DNA of 64,000 bases from the human T2T-CHM13v2.0 reference genome, Homo sapiens: the NCBI RefSeq assembly GCF_009914755.1, contig NC_060936.1; one strand, 5' to 3'. The notes under the pieces are model-generated. The model saw only the letters and a list, made by a program, of their open reading frames with translations. It did no database searches and was not told the DNA's origin. Positions 1 through 9,383 of this stretch are shown here, piece by piece; positions within the stretch are counted from its first letter, which is position 1, and the number at the start of each line of letters is the position of its first letter. Position numbers and translations under genes: made by a program.

Positions 1-1603
1 TTAAGGACTTAAGGAGGGTTTCATAAAGATGCAGGCAGGGTTTAAGGACTTAAGGAGGGCTTCATAAAGATGCAGGCAGGGTTTAAGGACTTAAGGAGGG
101 TTTCATAAAGATGCAGGCAGGGTTTAAGGACTTAAGGAGGGTTTCATAAAGATGCAGGCAGGGTTTAAGGACTTAAGGAGGGTTTCATAAAGATGCAGGC
201 AGGGTTTAAGGACTTAAGGAGGGCTTCATAAAGATGCAGGCAGGGTTTAAGGACTTAAGGAGGGTTTCATAAAGATGCAGGCAGGGTTTAAGGACTTAAG
301 GAGGGTTTCATAAAGATGCAGGCAGGGTTTAAGGACTTAAGGAGGGCTTCATAAAGATGCAGGCAGGGTTTAAGGACTTAAGGAGGGCTTCATAAAGATG
401 CAGGCAGGGTTTAAGGACTTAAGGAGGGCTTCATAAAGATGCAGGCAGGGTTTAAGGACTTAAGGAGGGCTTCATAAAGATGCAGGCAGGGTTTAAGGAC
501 TTAAGGAGGGCTTCATAAAGATGCAGGCAGGGTTTAAGGACTTAAGGAGGGCTTCATAAAGATGCAGGCAGGGTTTAAGGACTTAAGGAGGGCTTCATAA
601 AGATGCAGGCAGGGTTTAAGGACTTAAGGAGGGCTTCATAAAGATGCAGGCAGGGTTTAAGGACTTAAGGAGGGCTTCATAAAGATGCAGGCAGGGTTTA
701 AGGACTTAAGGAGGGCTTCATAAAGATGCAGGCAGGGTTTAAGGACTTAAGGAGGGCTTCATAAAGATGCAGGCAGGGTTTAAGGACTTAAGGAGGGCTT
801 CATAAAGATGCAGGCAGGGTTTAAGGACTTAAGGAGGGCTTCATAAAGATGCAGGCAGGGTTTAAGGACTTAAGGAGGGCTTCATAAAGATGCAGGCAGG
901 GTTTAAGGACTTAAGGAGGGCTTCATAAAGATGCAGGCAGGGTTTAAGGACTTAAGGAGGGCTTCATAAAGATGCAGGCAGGGTTTAAGGACTTAAGGAG
1001 GGCTTCATAAAGATGCAGGCAGGGTTTAAGGACTTAAGGAGGGCTTCATAAAGATGCAGGCAGGGTTTAAGGACTTAAGGAGGGCTTCATAAAGATGCAG
1101 GCAGGGTTTAAGGACTTAAGGAGGGCTTCATAAAGATGCAGGCAGGGTTTAAGGACTTAAGGAGGGCTTCATAAAGATGCAGGCAGGGTTTAAGGACTTA
1201 AGGAGGGCTTCATAAAGATGCAGGCAGGGTTTAAGGACTTAAGGAGGGCTTCATAAAGATGCAGGCAGGGTTTAAGGACTTAAGGAGGGCTTCATAAAGA
1301 TGCAGGCAGGGTTTAAGGACTTAAGGAGGGCTTCATAAAGATGCAGGCAGGGTTTAAGGACTTAAGGAGGGTTTCATAAAGATGCAGGCAGGGTTTAAGG
1401 ACTTGAGGGTTTCATAAAGATGCAGGCAGGGTTTAAGGACTTAAGGAGGGCTTCATAAAGATGCAGGCAGGGTTTAAGGACTTAAGGAGGGTTTCATAAA
1501 GATGCAGGCAGGGTTTAAGGACTTAAGGAGGGCTTCATAAAGATGCAGGCAGGGTTTAAGGACTTAAGGAGGGTTTCATAAAGATGCAGGCAGGGTTTAA
1601 GGA
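1..1603. repeat. 41-bp minisatellite (VNTR), ~39 copies visible, truncated by the window start
   Basis: Unit TTAAGGACTTAAGGAGGG(T/C)TTCATAAAGATGCAGGCAGGGT recurs at 1, 42, ... with period 41. There is one T/C variant position and one unit near 1400 with a 3-nt deletion. Confidence 0.97.
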
Positions 1604-2166
1604 AGCCAGCAAGTACAGTACCCCAGGGTAGCAGCTGTGTGGATCTGTTACCGGTAAAGGCTGGAGGAACAAAGTGAGGGGCAGCCTCAGAGTCAGAGAG
1701 CAGCTATGTGGAGAGGGCCATGGGGCAGACATGTGGCCTTGGGCAGCAAGAAGCAGCCAGTCTACACCAACCCTGTGTGCTGCAGTTGGGGAGCGAACGC
1801 CCCACCTCTCTCTCCTCGGGTCCACCCACGGACGTCCTGCTAGTGCTGCCCATGGGCCGGCCCAAGCAGGAAGCAAGGTCAGCTTCCTGGAGCACCAGGC
1901 CTGGGGAGAGGGAAGGAGAGTGGGTCTGAGGACAGACTCTCAACTGTCCGGCACCTAGGAGTCCCCTTAAAACCCCATGATGATATGAAGTGTTATTCTA
2001 GGGAGAGGGTGAAACCAAAACACAGATCCAGGTTTTTACTTAAAATTCTCACCGACTCCGGAGTCACAGGAGCTCAGAAGAGGAGACTCGGTGGGCAGGA
2101 GGGTGGTCCTGGGAGCTGCCACAGATGCGAACTGGGCCTCTGAGAAGGGATGAAATTTGGATAGAT

Positions 2167-2300
2167 CAGGGTTCAGCTAACTTTTTCTAGAAAGGGCCAG
2201 AGAGTCAATATCAAAGGCTTTGCAGGCCACACAGAGCCTCTACCGAAACTCCTCCCCTCCACTGCTGTGGTGTGAGAGCGGTGATAGACAGCACACACAG
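2167..2300. mobile_element. MER58-like hAT-Charlie DNA transposon fragment
   Basis: CAGGGTTCAGCTAACTTTTTCTAGAAAGGGCCAGAGAGTCAATATCAAAGGCTTTGCAGGCCAC resembles the recalled MER58 terminus. Confidence 0.6.
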
Positions 2301-2540
2301 GGCACGGCAGTCCCAGGAGGACTGTGCTGACAAAGACAGGGCAGGCTGCAGTTCGCTGACCCCTGGAATACGTGCAGGAGGTGGACAGGCACTCCAGGGA
2401 CAGGGCATGACGTAGGGCCCCATGCACGGGAAAGACCAGAGGTTGGTACGGAGCCAGCACGTTGAAGGATGGTGAGGAGGGCAGCCCGGTGTGGTTGGAG
2501 TTTCTGCAGGAAGTCTCGGGACATGAGAGAGAACCGACAG

Positions 2541-2952
2541 TGTCTTAGTCGGCCAGGGCTGCCTAACAGCGTATCACAGACCCAGGAGCTGGAACAGCAG
2601 GAGCTGATTTTATCAGTCTAGAGGCTGGAAGTCTGAGATCAAGGTGCTGGCGGGCTTGGTTCCTCCTGAGGGTCATGAGGGAAAAGGGGTCAGTCCCCAG
2701 GCCTCTCTTTGGCTTGCAGGTGGCTGTCTTGTCTCTGAGTCTTCACATCGTCTTCCCTCTGTACCTGTCAGTGGCCACAGTTGTTCTGCTTATAAGGATC
2801 CAGTCACACTGGATTCAGCCCACCCTCATGACCTCATCTTAATCTAATGACCTCTTTCAAGACTCTGTCTCCAAACATGGCTACGCTCAGAGGTATGCGG
2901 GGGCTGGGACCTCAGCATCTGAATTTCCGAGGGGATATAACTCAACTCACAG
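2541..2952. mobile_element. MLT1-type (ERVL-MaLR) solo LTR
   Basis: Hallmark blocks TGTCTTAGTC..GGCTGCC, TCTAGAGGCTGGAAGTCTGAGATCAAGGTG, CCCACCCTCATGACCTCATCTTAATC and GAGGTATGCGGGGGCTGGGAC. Confidence 0.75.
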
Positions 2953-5900
2953 CAGATAAGATGAAGCCAAATTACAGGGTGTTTTAGATACCAGATTGGA
3001 GTCAATGAGGTAGGAAATGAGGAATCCTTTTGCTTGTTAACCGTAAGTCTGATTAGTACTTTGAGAAAATAAATACAAATTATGCCGCTCATATGCAAAA
3101 AATGTAATAAGATGGGCACCTGGCCAAGTACATGGCAAAGTCAATTCCTTAGTTCCATCCTGGAGTGCCGGGAAGCCTGGACACTGGATCCCAGCAGACT
3201 GGTGACCTGGACTCAGCCATTGGCCTTGTATGACATCCCACCACACTGGAGAAGTTTGGGTGGGGCAAGCAGTGCTCCCGATACCCCCAGCCACTGCCTG
3301 GGATGTCTGGGCCTGAGGCATCAACCCTCTTCCTCCCGGAGGAGGCATAAGATTGACAGCAGCTGGTGAGCTCTCTGGCCTTGGATAACGAGCTACCAGC
3401 TAAGTTCCGGAATACACACTGGGCATTTTTCTTAGCAAATCTCATGAGAGGCCAGCCACTCCTGCTGACAGGCACATCAGGACATTACAAAGCTCCATCC
3501 CTGGGACAAAGTCGAAGCTATTTTGGGTGACCAAAGGTTTCGGAACTAGGCAGATTGTTTCATCTCGCCCCACATCCATCCCTCATTCTCTCATGTGGAG
3601 CTTTGCTCTGGTGCCACTCAGTCAGTCATGACGCATAAAAAGCTCCGAGACGGGGGCCTCAGGAACAGGCCGGATATTCTCTATGAGGATGGTTCTCCCC
3701 ATCCTCCTGCCAGTCTCAGGATGGGAAGGAAGGGAGTCAGGATGTGGCAGGGAGGAAGGAAACGAGAGTACAGCAGCGGGCACCAAAGAGGATTTTGCTC
3801 ATTGTTTCCTTCGTGGATTTATTGCTGTCACCTTAGTGCCATTTTTCTTTTTTATCAAAACTAAAGTGGTTCTGACTCTCAATCCTTTGCCAAAACCCCT
3901 TCTGGAGTCATTTTTTATTCATGAGGATGACTTTGGTCATCTTTGAACACATCATGCTGGCCTCATGGTGGCTAAATGAGACCCAATTTCTTTTTAAGGA
4001 GAACATGAGTGTTCACACGCTGACACAGCCTGCGGCAGATTCACTACTTGGAGACTTGCTTTCAGCAATACAGGGAACTGTCAAGAGAGCCATTCGTTTT
4101 ACAGAGAGCTCACTTCCTATGGGGAAAGTGAGGCTTGTGTGCTCTGACATTGCCCATTTTTTGTTGACCACAGCTGTAAGAAGCCTGGCCCGCTGATCAG
4201 TGCAGCCATACTTTCAAAGCACCACCTGGTGTTTAATGGAGGATTCCCAAATTTCAGCGAGTAAACCCTCAGAGGGTTTGCTAACCCAAACACCAAGGAA
4301 GGGCAATCTACACAATGGCTTAGCTCTAGCACTCCTCCCCTAGCACAGCTGGTGTGCTTCCAGTTTCAAGAGATTATTCCAGGGAGAAAATGACTTTTTA
4401 TAATCTCCCCAGTAGTCACACACCAAAGCAGGTCGGGGGAGACACTGGTGCTGTAAGACAATAACTGGGCACCTCTCTTGAGACATAGAAATAGTCCTAC
4501 TAAGTGCTGTTCAAGCAAGAGTGGCCACCAAGAGTACATGTTTGTGGGGTTGAGGGGAGAAGACATTAATTAAAGGATGTAATCAGTTGTTGGCAATTCG
4601 ACCATACAACTTGCTGTAGCCATTGATGATATTACTAAAAATGCAATGATGTTAGCCATCTTGAGCTACCAGCCAAGTTCCAGAATACAGACTGGTCATT
4701 TTCTTAGCAAATCTCTTGAGAGGCCAGCCACTCCTGCTGGCAGATGTTTCTTGCACTTTCAAAGAAACCTCATTTTCTTGTGGAGTCTTCTCACCAGAAG
4801 CAAGGGACTGGATAGCCTAGAGAAACACATTTGGTCCATAGCACCTGGTAAGAGGGAGGTTAGAAAATCGGAAAACAAGCTTCCTGTATAGCTTTCTTCC
4901 CCAGCATTCTCCTTCCCAGATCCATTCAATAAAGCATATTGTGCCTTATAAAGGATGTGCTATTATGACATTGCCTGCAGATGAGCAGACAATCAAACTT
5001 CACTTCTAAGGAAGTGAAGCAAGTTGGCTTTAGAGAAAAGGTGCCCCTTAGTTTCCAACCAACTCATCATTTGAATGGCCAAGGGAGGGGTCAGGCTTTC
5101 CATCTCATCCACTGAATAAGTATCCAGCATTCATGATTCTAAACTTTCAACAATTTGGACATTCAGCTTCCTAGAAGTTTTCCTTGAGGAATCAGCTTTG
5201 ATACCACTATGTAATCCCTTGGTAATAGGAACACAAACACCATTTCACCATTTGATTCCTGCAGGTGCTTATGGGATAAACTATCGCAAATTAATAGGCA
5301 CTAATGTGTTCATATATTGCTTCTTCCAGGTGAGACATTTTTATTTCAGAAAGGAACCTTTAGATATATGCAGTGCCCCAAAAGAAAGATCTGAGACTTA
5401 TGTGAACCATCCAGGGAGATGATTTAGTTGCTCTTCAGATCATTTTCCATGCAGGTGACTGCCAACTTGGCCCCCATGAAAGACCAGCCCTGGTCAAATT
5501 CAGGTTCATAAAATGATCATACAGTTACTTCTGAAATTGGACAACATAGGACACTTAGGATGTCAGAGCCAAAAGCTGAATAATGCTTCTGCATGGAAGG
5601 CGTCAATGTTCTGGACTCTCCACCACTAAGCAGGGCTCTCATCCCCTCAGACAGCCACCACACAGATAGAAACTTGGTGACTGGCAGCCTACGTCCACCC
5701 CCTATATCTCCAGAAAGAAAGACCATTCATTATGAGAGTCCCATGTTAGTGACTGTTTGAGACACCTTTCCCTAGAAGGGAAACTTGAACCAAGTGGCTC
5801 ATTTCAGCTCCTAACTCTCAGTGCTTTTTGCATGTAGGATTTCTGAGAAGTGAAAAAAAAAAAAAAACCTGCCGGTTATGAAGTTTCTGTTCCACACTTT

Positions 5901-6200
5901 GTACCTTAAAGATGAGTGTGTGAGACACAGATCTTCAGGTTAAAAATAGGCATGGCCCTTTTCTATCACTAGCCAGTCTCCAAAATTCTCCTTACCAGGC
6001 AACATCCAAGGAAGTCCATTGACTATAATCTGTGTTCTAGGATAAGAGGATGAAATATAGAAAAACCTAAGATTTGGGTTGCCCCTCCCCTCATGCCTTT
6101 CCTGGAAGTGATGGTGCAGCCCACAAGTTCAGCAGGGCACATGTTTCCTTCTGTGAGTGGTGACCAACTTCCCACCTGCATTTGCTGCCACTCATTAATA

Positions 6201-7466
6201 TTAGGTTGGTGCAAAAGAAATTGTGGTTTCAGACTGTGAATTTTAAATCATTATAACTAGGCTCAAACACATCTTTATTAATCAAAAGAGGAACCATTAC
6301 AATCAACACATTTTTGCCAACAAGAAATAAGATTTTTATTCCTATTATGTAAAACTCCGTGCTTCCAGATTCAGCAAACTCTCGGAAAGCATTTTCTGCA
6401 TCCTGCTGGTTGTGAAAGCATTTTCCCTGCAAAAAGTCGAGATGCTTGAAGAAGTGGTAGTTGGTTGGCGAGAGGTCGGGTGAATATGGGCAGATGAGGC
6501 AAAACTTTGTAGCCCAATTCGTTCAACTTTTGAAGCATTGGTTGTGCGACATGCAGTCCTGCATTGTTGTGGAAAAGAATTGAGCCCTTTCTGTTGGCCA
6601 ATGCCAGCTGCAGGCATTGCAGTTTTTGGTGCATCTCATTGATTTGCTGAGCATACTTCTTAGATGTAATGGTTTCGCTGGGATTCAGAAAGCTGTAGTG
6701 AATCATACTAACAGACCACTAAACAGTGATCATGACCTTTTTTGGTGTAAGTTTGGCTTTGGGAAGTGCTTTGGAGCTTCTTCTCCATCCAACCCCTGAG
6801 CTGGTCGTTGCTGGTTGTTACACAAAATCCACTTTTCCTCACACATCACAATTTGATTGAGAAATAGTTCATTGTTGTTGAGTACAATAAGAGAAGGTGA
6901 CACTTCAAAACAATGATTTTTTTTTTTTTTTTTTTGCTCAGCTCATGAGGCACCCACTTATCAAGCTTTTTCACCTTTCCAATAAGCTTCAAATGCCTAA
7001 CAACCATAGAATGGTTGACATTGAGTTATTCGGCAAATTCTCTTGTAGTTGTAAGAGGATCGGCTTTGATGGTGGCTCTCAATTGGTCATCGTCAACTTC
7101 CCATGGCCTGCCATTATGCTCCTCATCTTCTTCATTATGCTCCTCATCTTCTTTGCAAAACCTTTTGAACCACCACTGTGCCGTACGTTCGTTAGCAATT
7201 CCTGGGCCAAATGAGCTGTTGATGTTGCAAGTTGTCTCCACTGCTTTATGACCCAAATCGCTCGAATTTGCTCTTTAACATCCTTTCCATAGTCTAAAAT
7301 AAACATAAAATAAATAGCAAGTAATACATCATTAACAAAAAAATAAAGTGAGAAATGCCCATTAAAATGATGTATAACATAACCAAATTTATTTAAGAAT
7401 GTATTTCAATACCAAATGGCAAATTCCAACAATGCAAAAAACACAATTCCTTTTGCACCAACCTAA
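6201..7466 (-). mobile_element. Near full-length Hsmar1 mariner DNA transposon with a decayed transposase
   Basis: Terminal inverted repeats TTAGGTTGGTGCAAAAG at 6201 and CTTTTGCACCAACCTAA ending at 7466, about 1.27 kb apart. Minus-strand ORF fragments match mariner/SETMAR transposase (TTCNINSSFGPGIANERTAQWWFKRF; IHYSFLNPSETITSKKYAQQINEMHQKL; LQKLNELGYKVLPH; GKCFHNQQDAENAFREF) but are broken by stops and frameshifts. Confidence 0.92.
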
Positions 7467-7630
7467 CTTGTGATTGTGCCTTACTTGCCTCTCATTCCCA
7501 GCACCCTGCATAGTGACCTCGCAGAGGCACAGCTCATGCCAGTTCTTTCAGATGAAATGGGAAAACTCTATCTGAACAGTTAGCTAAAGCACTTGACATC
7601 CAGAACTCCAAGTCCATACATAACTTCCCG

Positions 7631-8357
7631 TTCCCCATGCAATGATTAGTGTCTTCATGCTCTCCAGTGCAGTGGCTGGTGTCTTCACATGCTTCCATGT
7701 AGTAGCTGGAATCTTCACATTCTCCCGTGCAGTGGCTGGTGTCTTCACACTCTTCCGTGCAGTAGCTGGTATCTTCACACTCTTCTGTGCAGTGGCTGGT
7801 GTCTTCCTGCTCTCCCATGCAGTGGCTTGTGTCTTCACACTCTTCCGTGCAGTGGCTGGTGTCTTCACACTCTTCCATGCAGTGGCTGGTGTCTTCACAC
7901 ACTCCTGTGCAGTTGCTGGTGTCTTCACACTATTCTGTGCAGTTGCTGGTGTCTTCATACTATTCTGTGCAGTAGCTGGTGTCTTCACACTATTCTGTGT
8001 AGTAGCTGGTGTCTTCACACTATTCCCTGCAGTAGCTGGTGTCTTCACACTATTCCGTGCAGTAGCTGGTGTCTTCACACTCTCCTGTGCAGTTGCTGGT
8101 GTCTTCACACTATTCCCTGCAGTAGCTGATGTCTTCACACTATTCTGTGCAGTTGCTGGTGTCTTCACACTATTCCCTGCAGTAGCTGATGTCTTCACAC
8201 TTTTCTGTGCAGTGGCTGGTGTCTTCACACTCTTCCGTGCAGTAGCTGGGGTCTTCACATTCTTCCATGCAGTGGCAGGTGTCTTCGTGCTCTCCCGTGC
8301 AGTGGCTGGTGTCTTCACGCCCTCCCATGCAGTGGGTAGTGTCTTCACACTCTTCTG
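7631..8357. repeat. 30-bp minisatellite, ~24 copies
   Basis: Unit GTCTTCACAC(T/A)(C/A)TTC(C/T)GTGCAGT(G/A/T)GCTGGT is in exact 30-nt register from 7651 to 8340, with degenerate flanking units. Confidence 0.96.
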
Positions 8358-9155
8358 GAGCACTCTCCTCTTCAGCTGTAGCCGAGACCCAGCAGAGCTC
8401 ACAGAATTCTTCTTCCTTATTTACAAACTTCCTCAAATGACCACCCATTGACAGGCAATTTAACAACTTATTGGCCCATTTAAACTGATTAAAAGCAGAC
8501 ACATATATGTTTTGGATGTGAGCCCTAGGCCTTTGATGGGTCTTTGCTGAATAGAATTGAATTATTGAACTGAACAAGGAGCAAGTAGGTCGACCAGTGG
8601 GTTGTTTTTCTACCTGCAGGTGACTCCATCCAGGTGCAAATAGCAAGGAAGCCCTTGAATCCACTACAGGTGAAAGTTTTGCATTGTGGTCCCATGTGAG
8701 GGAGGAGACAAGTCACCTGGCTATTGGGTAGGGATGAAGGGGATACCAGGGCTACAGTTAGACTTTAGCAGTGACCCCGCTTGAGCCTGCAAAGGGCGAC
8801 AGCTCCCTATGGAAACAACAGGGATGAGTGGCAGCCCCCTCCTTGGAAGCCTTCTCAAAGTCACTCATTAGATATGCCAGATAGCCTCTCTCTCCTGGAG
8901 TAATTCCTTCTCTCCAGGGTCCATCATTTGTTTTGTGATGTTAATTCATGTGAGTTGGGAGTTTGGTTCTATTGTGTTATGTTTTCCTGTATGTTTTGAT
9001 TTATTGAATTTTTTTTGTTTATTTTCTGTGATAAAAATGGATGTTCTATGTGAAAGCTGAGTTCCTTGTTTCTTTCTCTTGCCCGTGGCTGACTGCGTGT
9101 GCTCTATTGATGTCTTGTTCCTGGTTCTTGACACTGACCATCTTGTCTGTGAAAG

Positions 9156-9230
9156 GAGGCACTCCGGCGGGCATGCTTGATCAGAAGAAAGGGAAGTTTG
9201 CTTGGTTTAGTCACTCCACAGAAACCCATG
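9156..9230 (+). CDS. CACNA1C: CACNA1C alternative cassette exon 9* (75 nt, I-II linker insert (R)GTPAGMLDQKKGKFAWFSHSTETH)
   Basis: gaaag|GAGGC...CCCATG|gtaatg; 75 nt; phase 1-1, compatible with exon 10. The peptide matches the recalled Cav1.2 exon 9* insert. An exonic GCATG (RBFOX core) sits at 9171-9175. Confidence 0.93.
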
Positions 9231-9328
9231 GTAATGTTCCCCTGTGCTCTGTGTGTGTAAATGCGTGTGGGTGCATACCAGACTGAATGGGAAGGTGTCT
9301 CTCTTGATGGCTTGTGCCGCAGTAGTTC

Positions 9329-9383
9329 TGTGTGTGTGCATATATGTGTATGTATATATGTTGTGTGTGTGTGTGTGTTTGTG
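9329..9383 (+). repeat. (TG)n/(TA)n dinucleotide tract downstream of exon 9*
   Basis: tgtgtgtgtgcatatatgtgtatgtatatatgttgtgtgtgtgtgtgtgtttgtg. Confidence 0.85.

Noticed and set aside
1603-1960. Possible ancient LTR from which the 41-mer arose
   Set aside because: The sequence continues seamlessly from the repeat unit and looks LTR-like, but I cannot assign a family without Dfam/RepeatMasker.
6229-7306. Active mariner transposase or a SETMAR gene copy
   Set aside because: The transposase is split over several frames by stops and indels, and there is no SET domain.
1-8357. CRISPR-like appearance of the 41-bp and 30-bp arrays
   Set aside because: The units are contiguous with no unique spacers, there are no cas genes, and the context is a human intron.
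7631-8357. Identity with the published human-specific 30-bp CACNA1C repeat
   Set aside because: That repeat is in intron 3 and has a different unit sequence as I recall it. Only the period is shared.
7534-8451. 269-aa and 272-aa repetitive ORFs on opposite strands
   Set aside because: They are translations of the 30-bp minisatellite, with no promoter or splice evidence for an independent gene.
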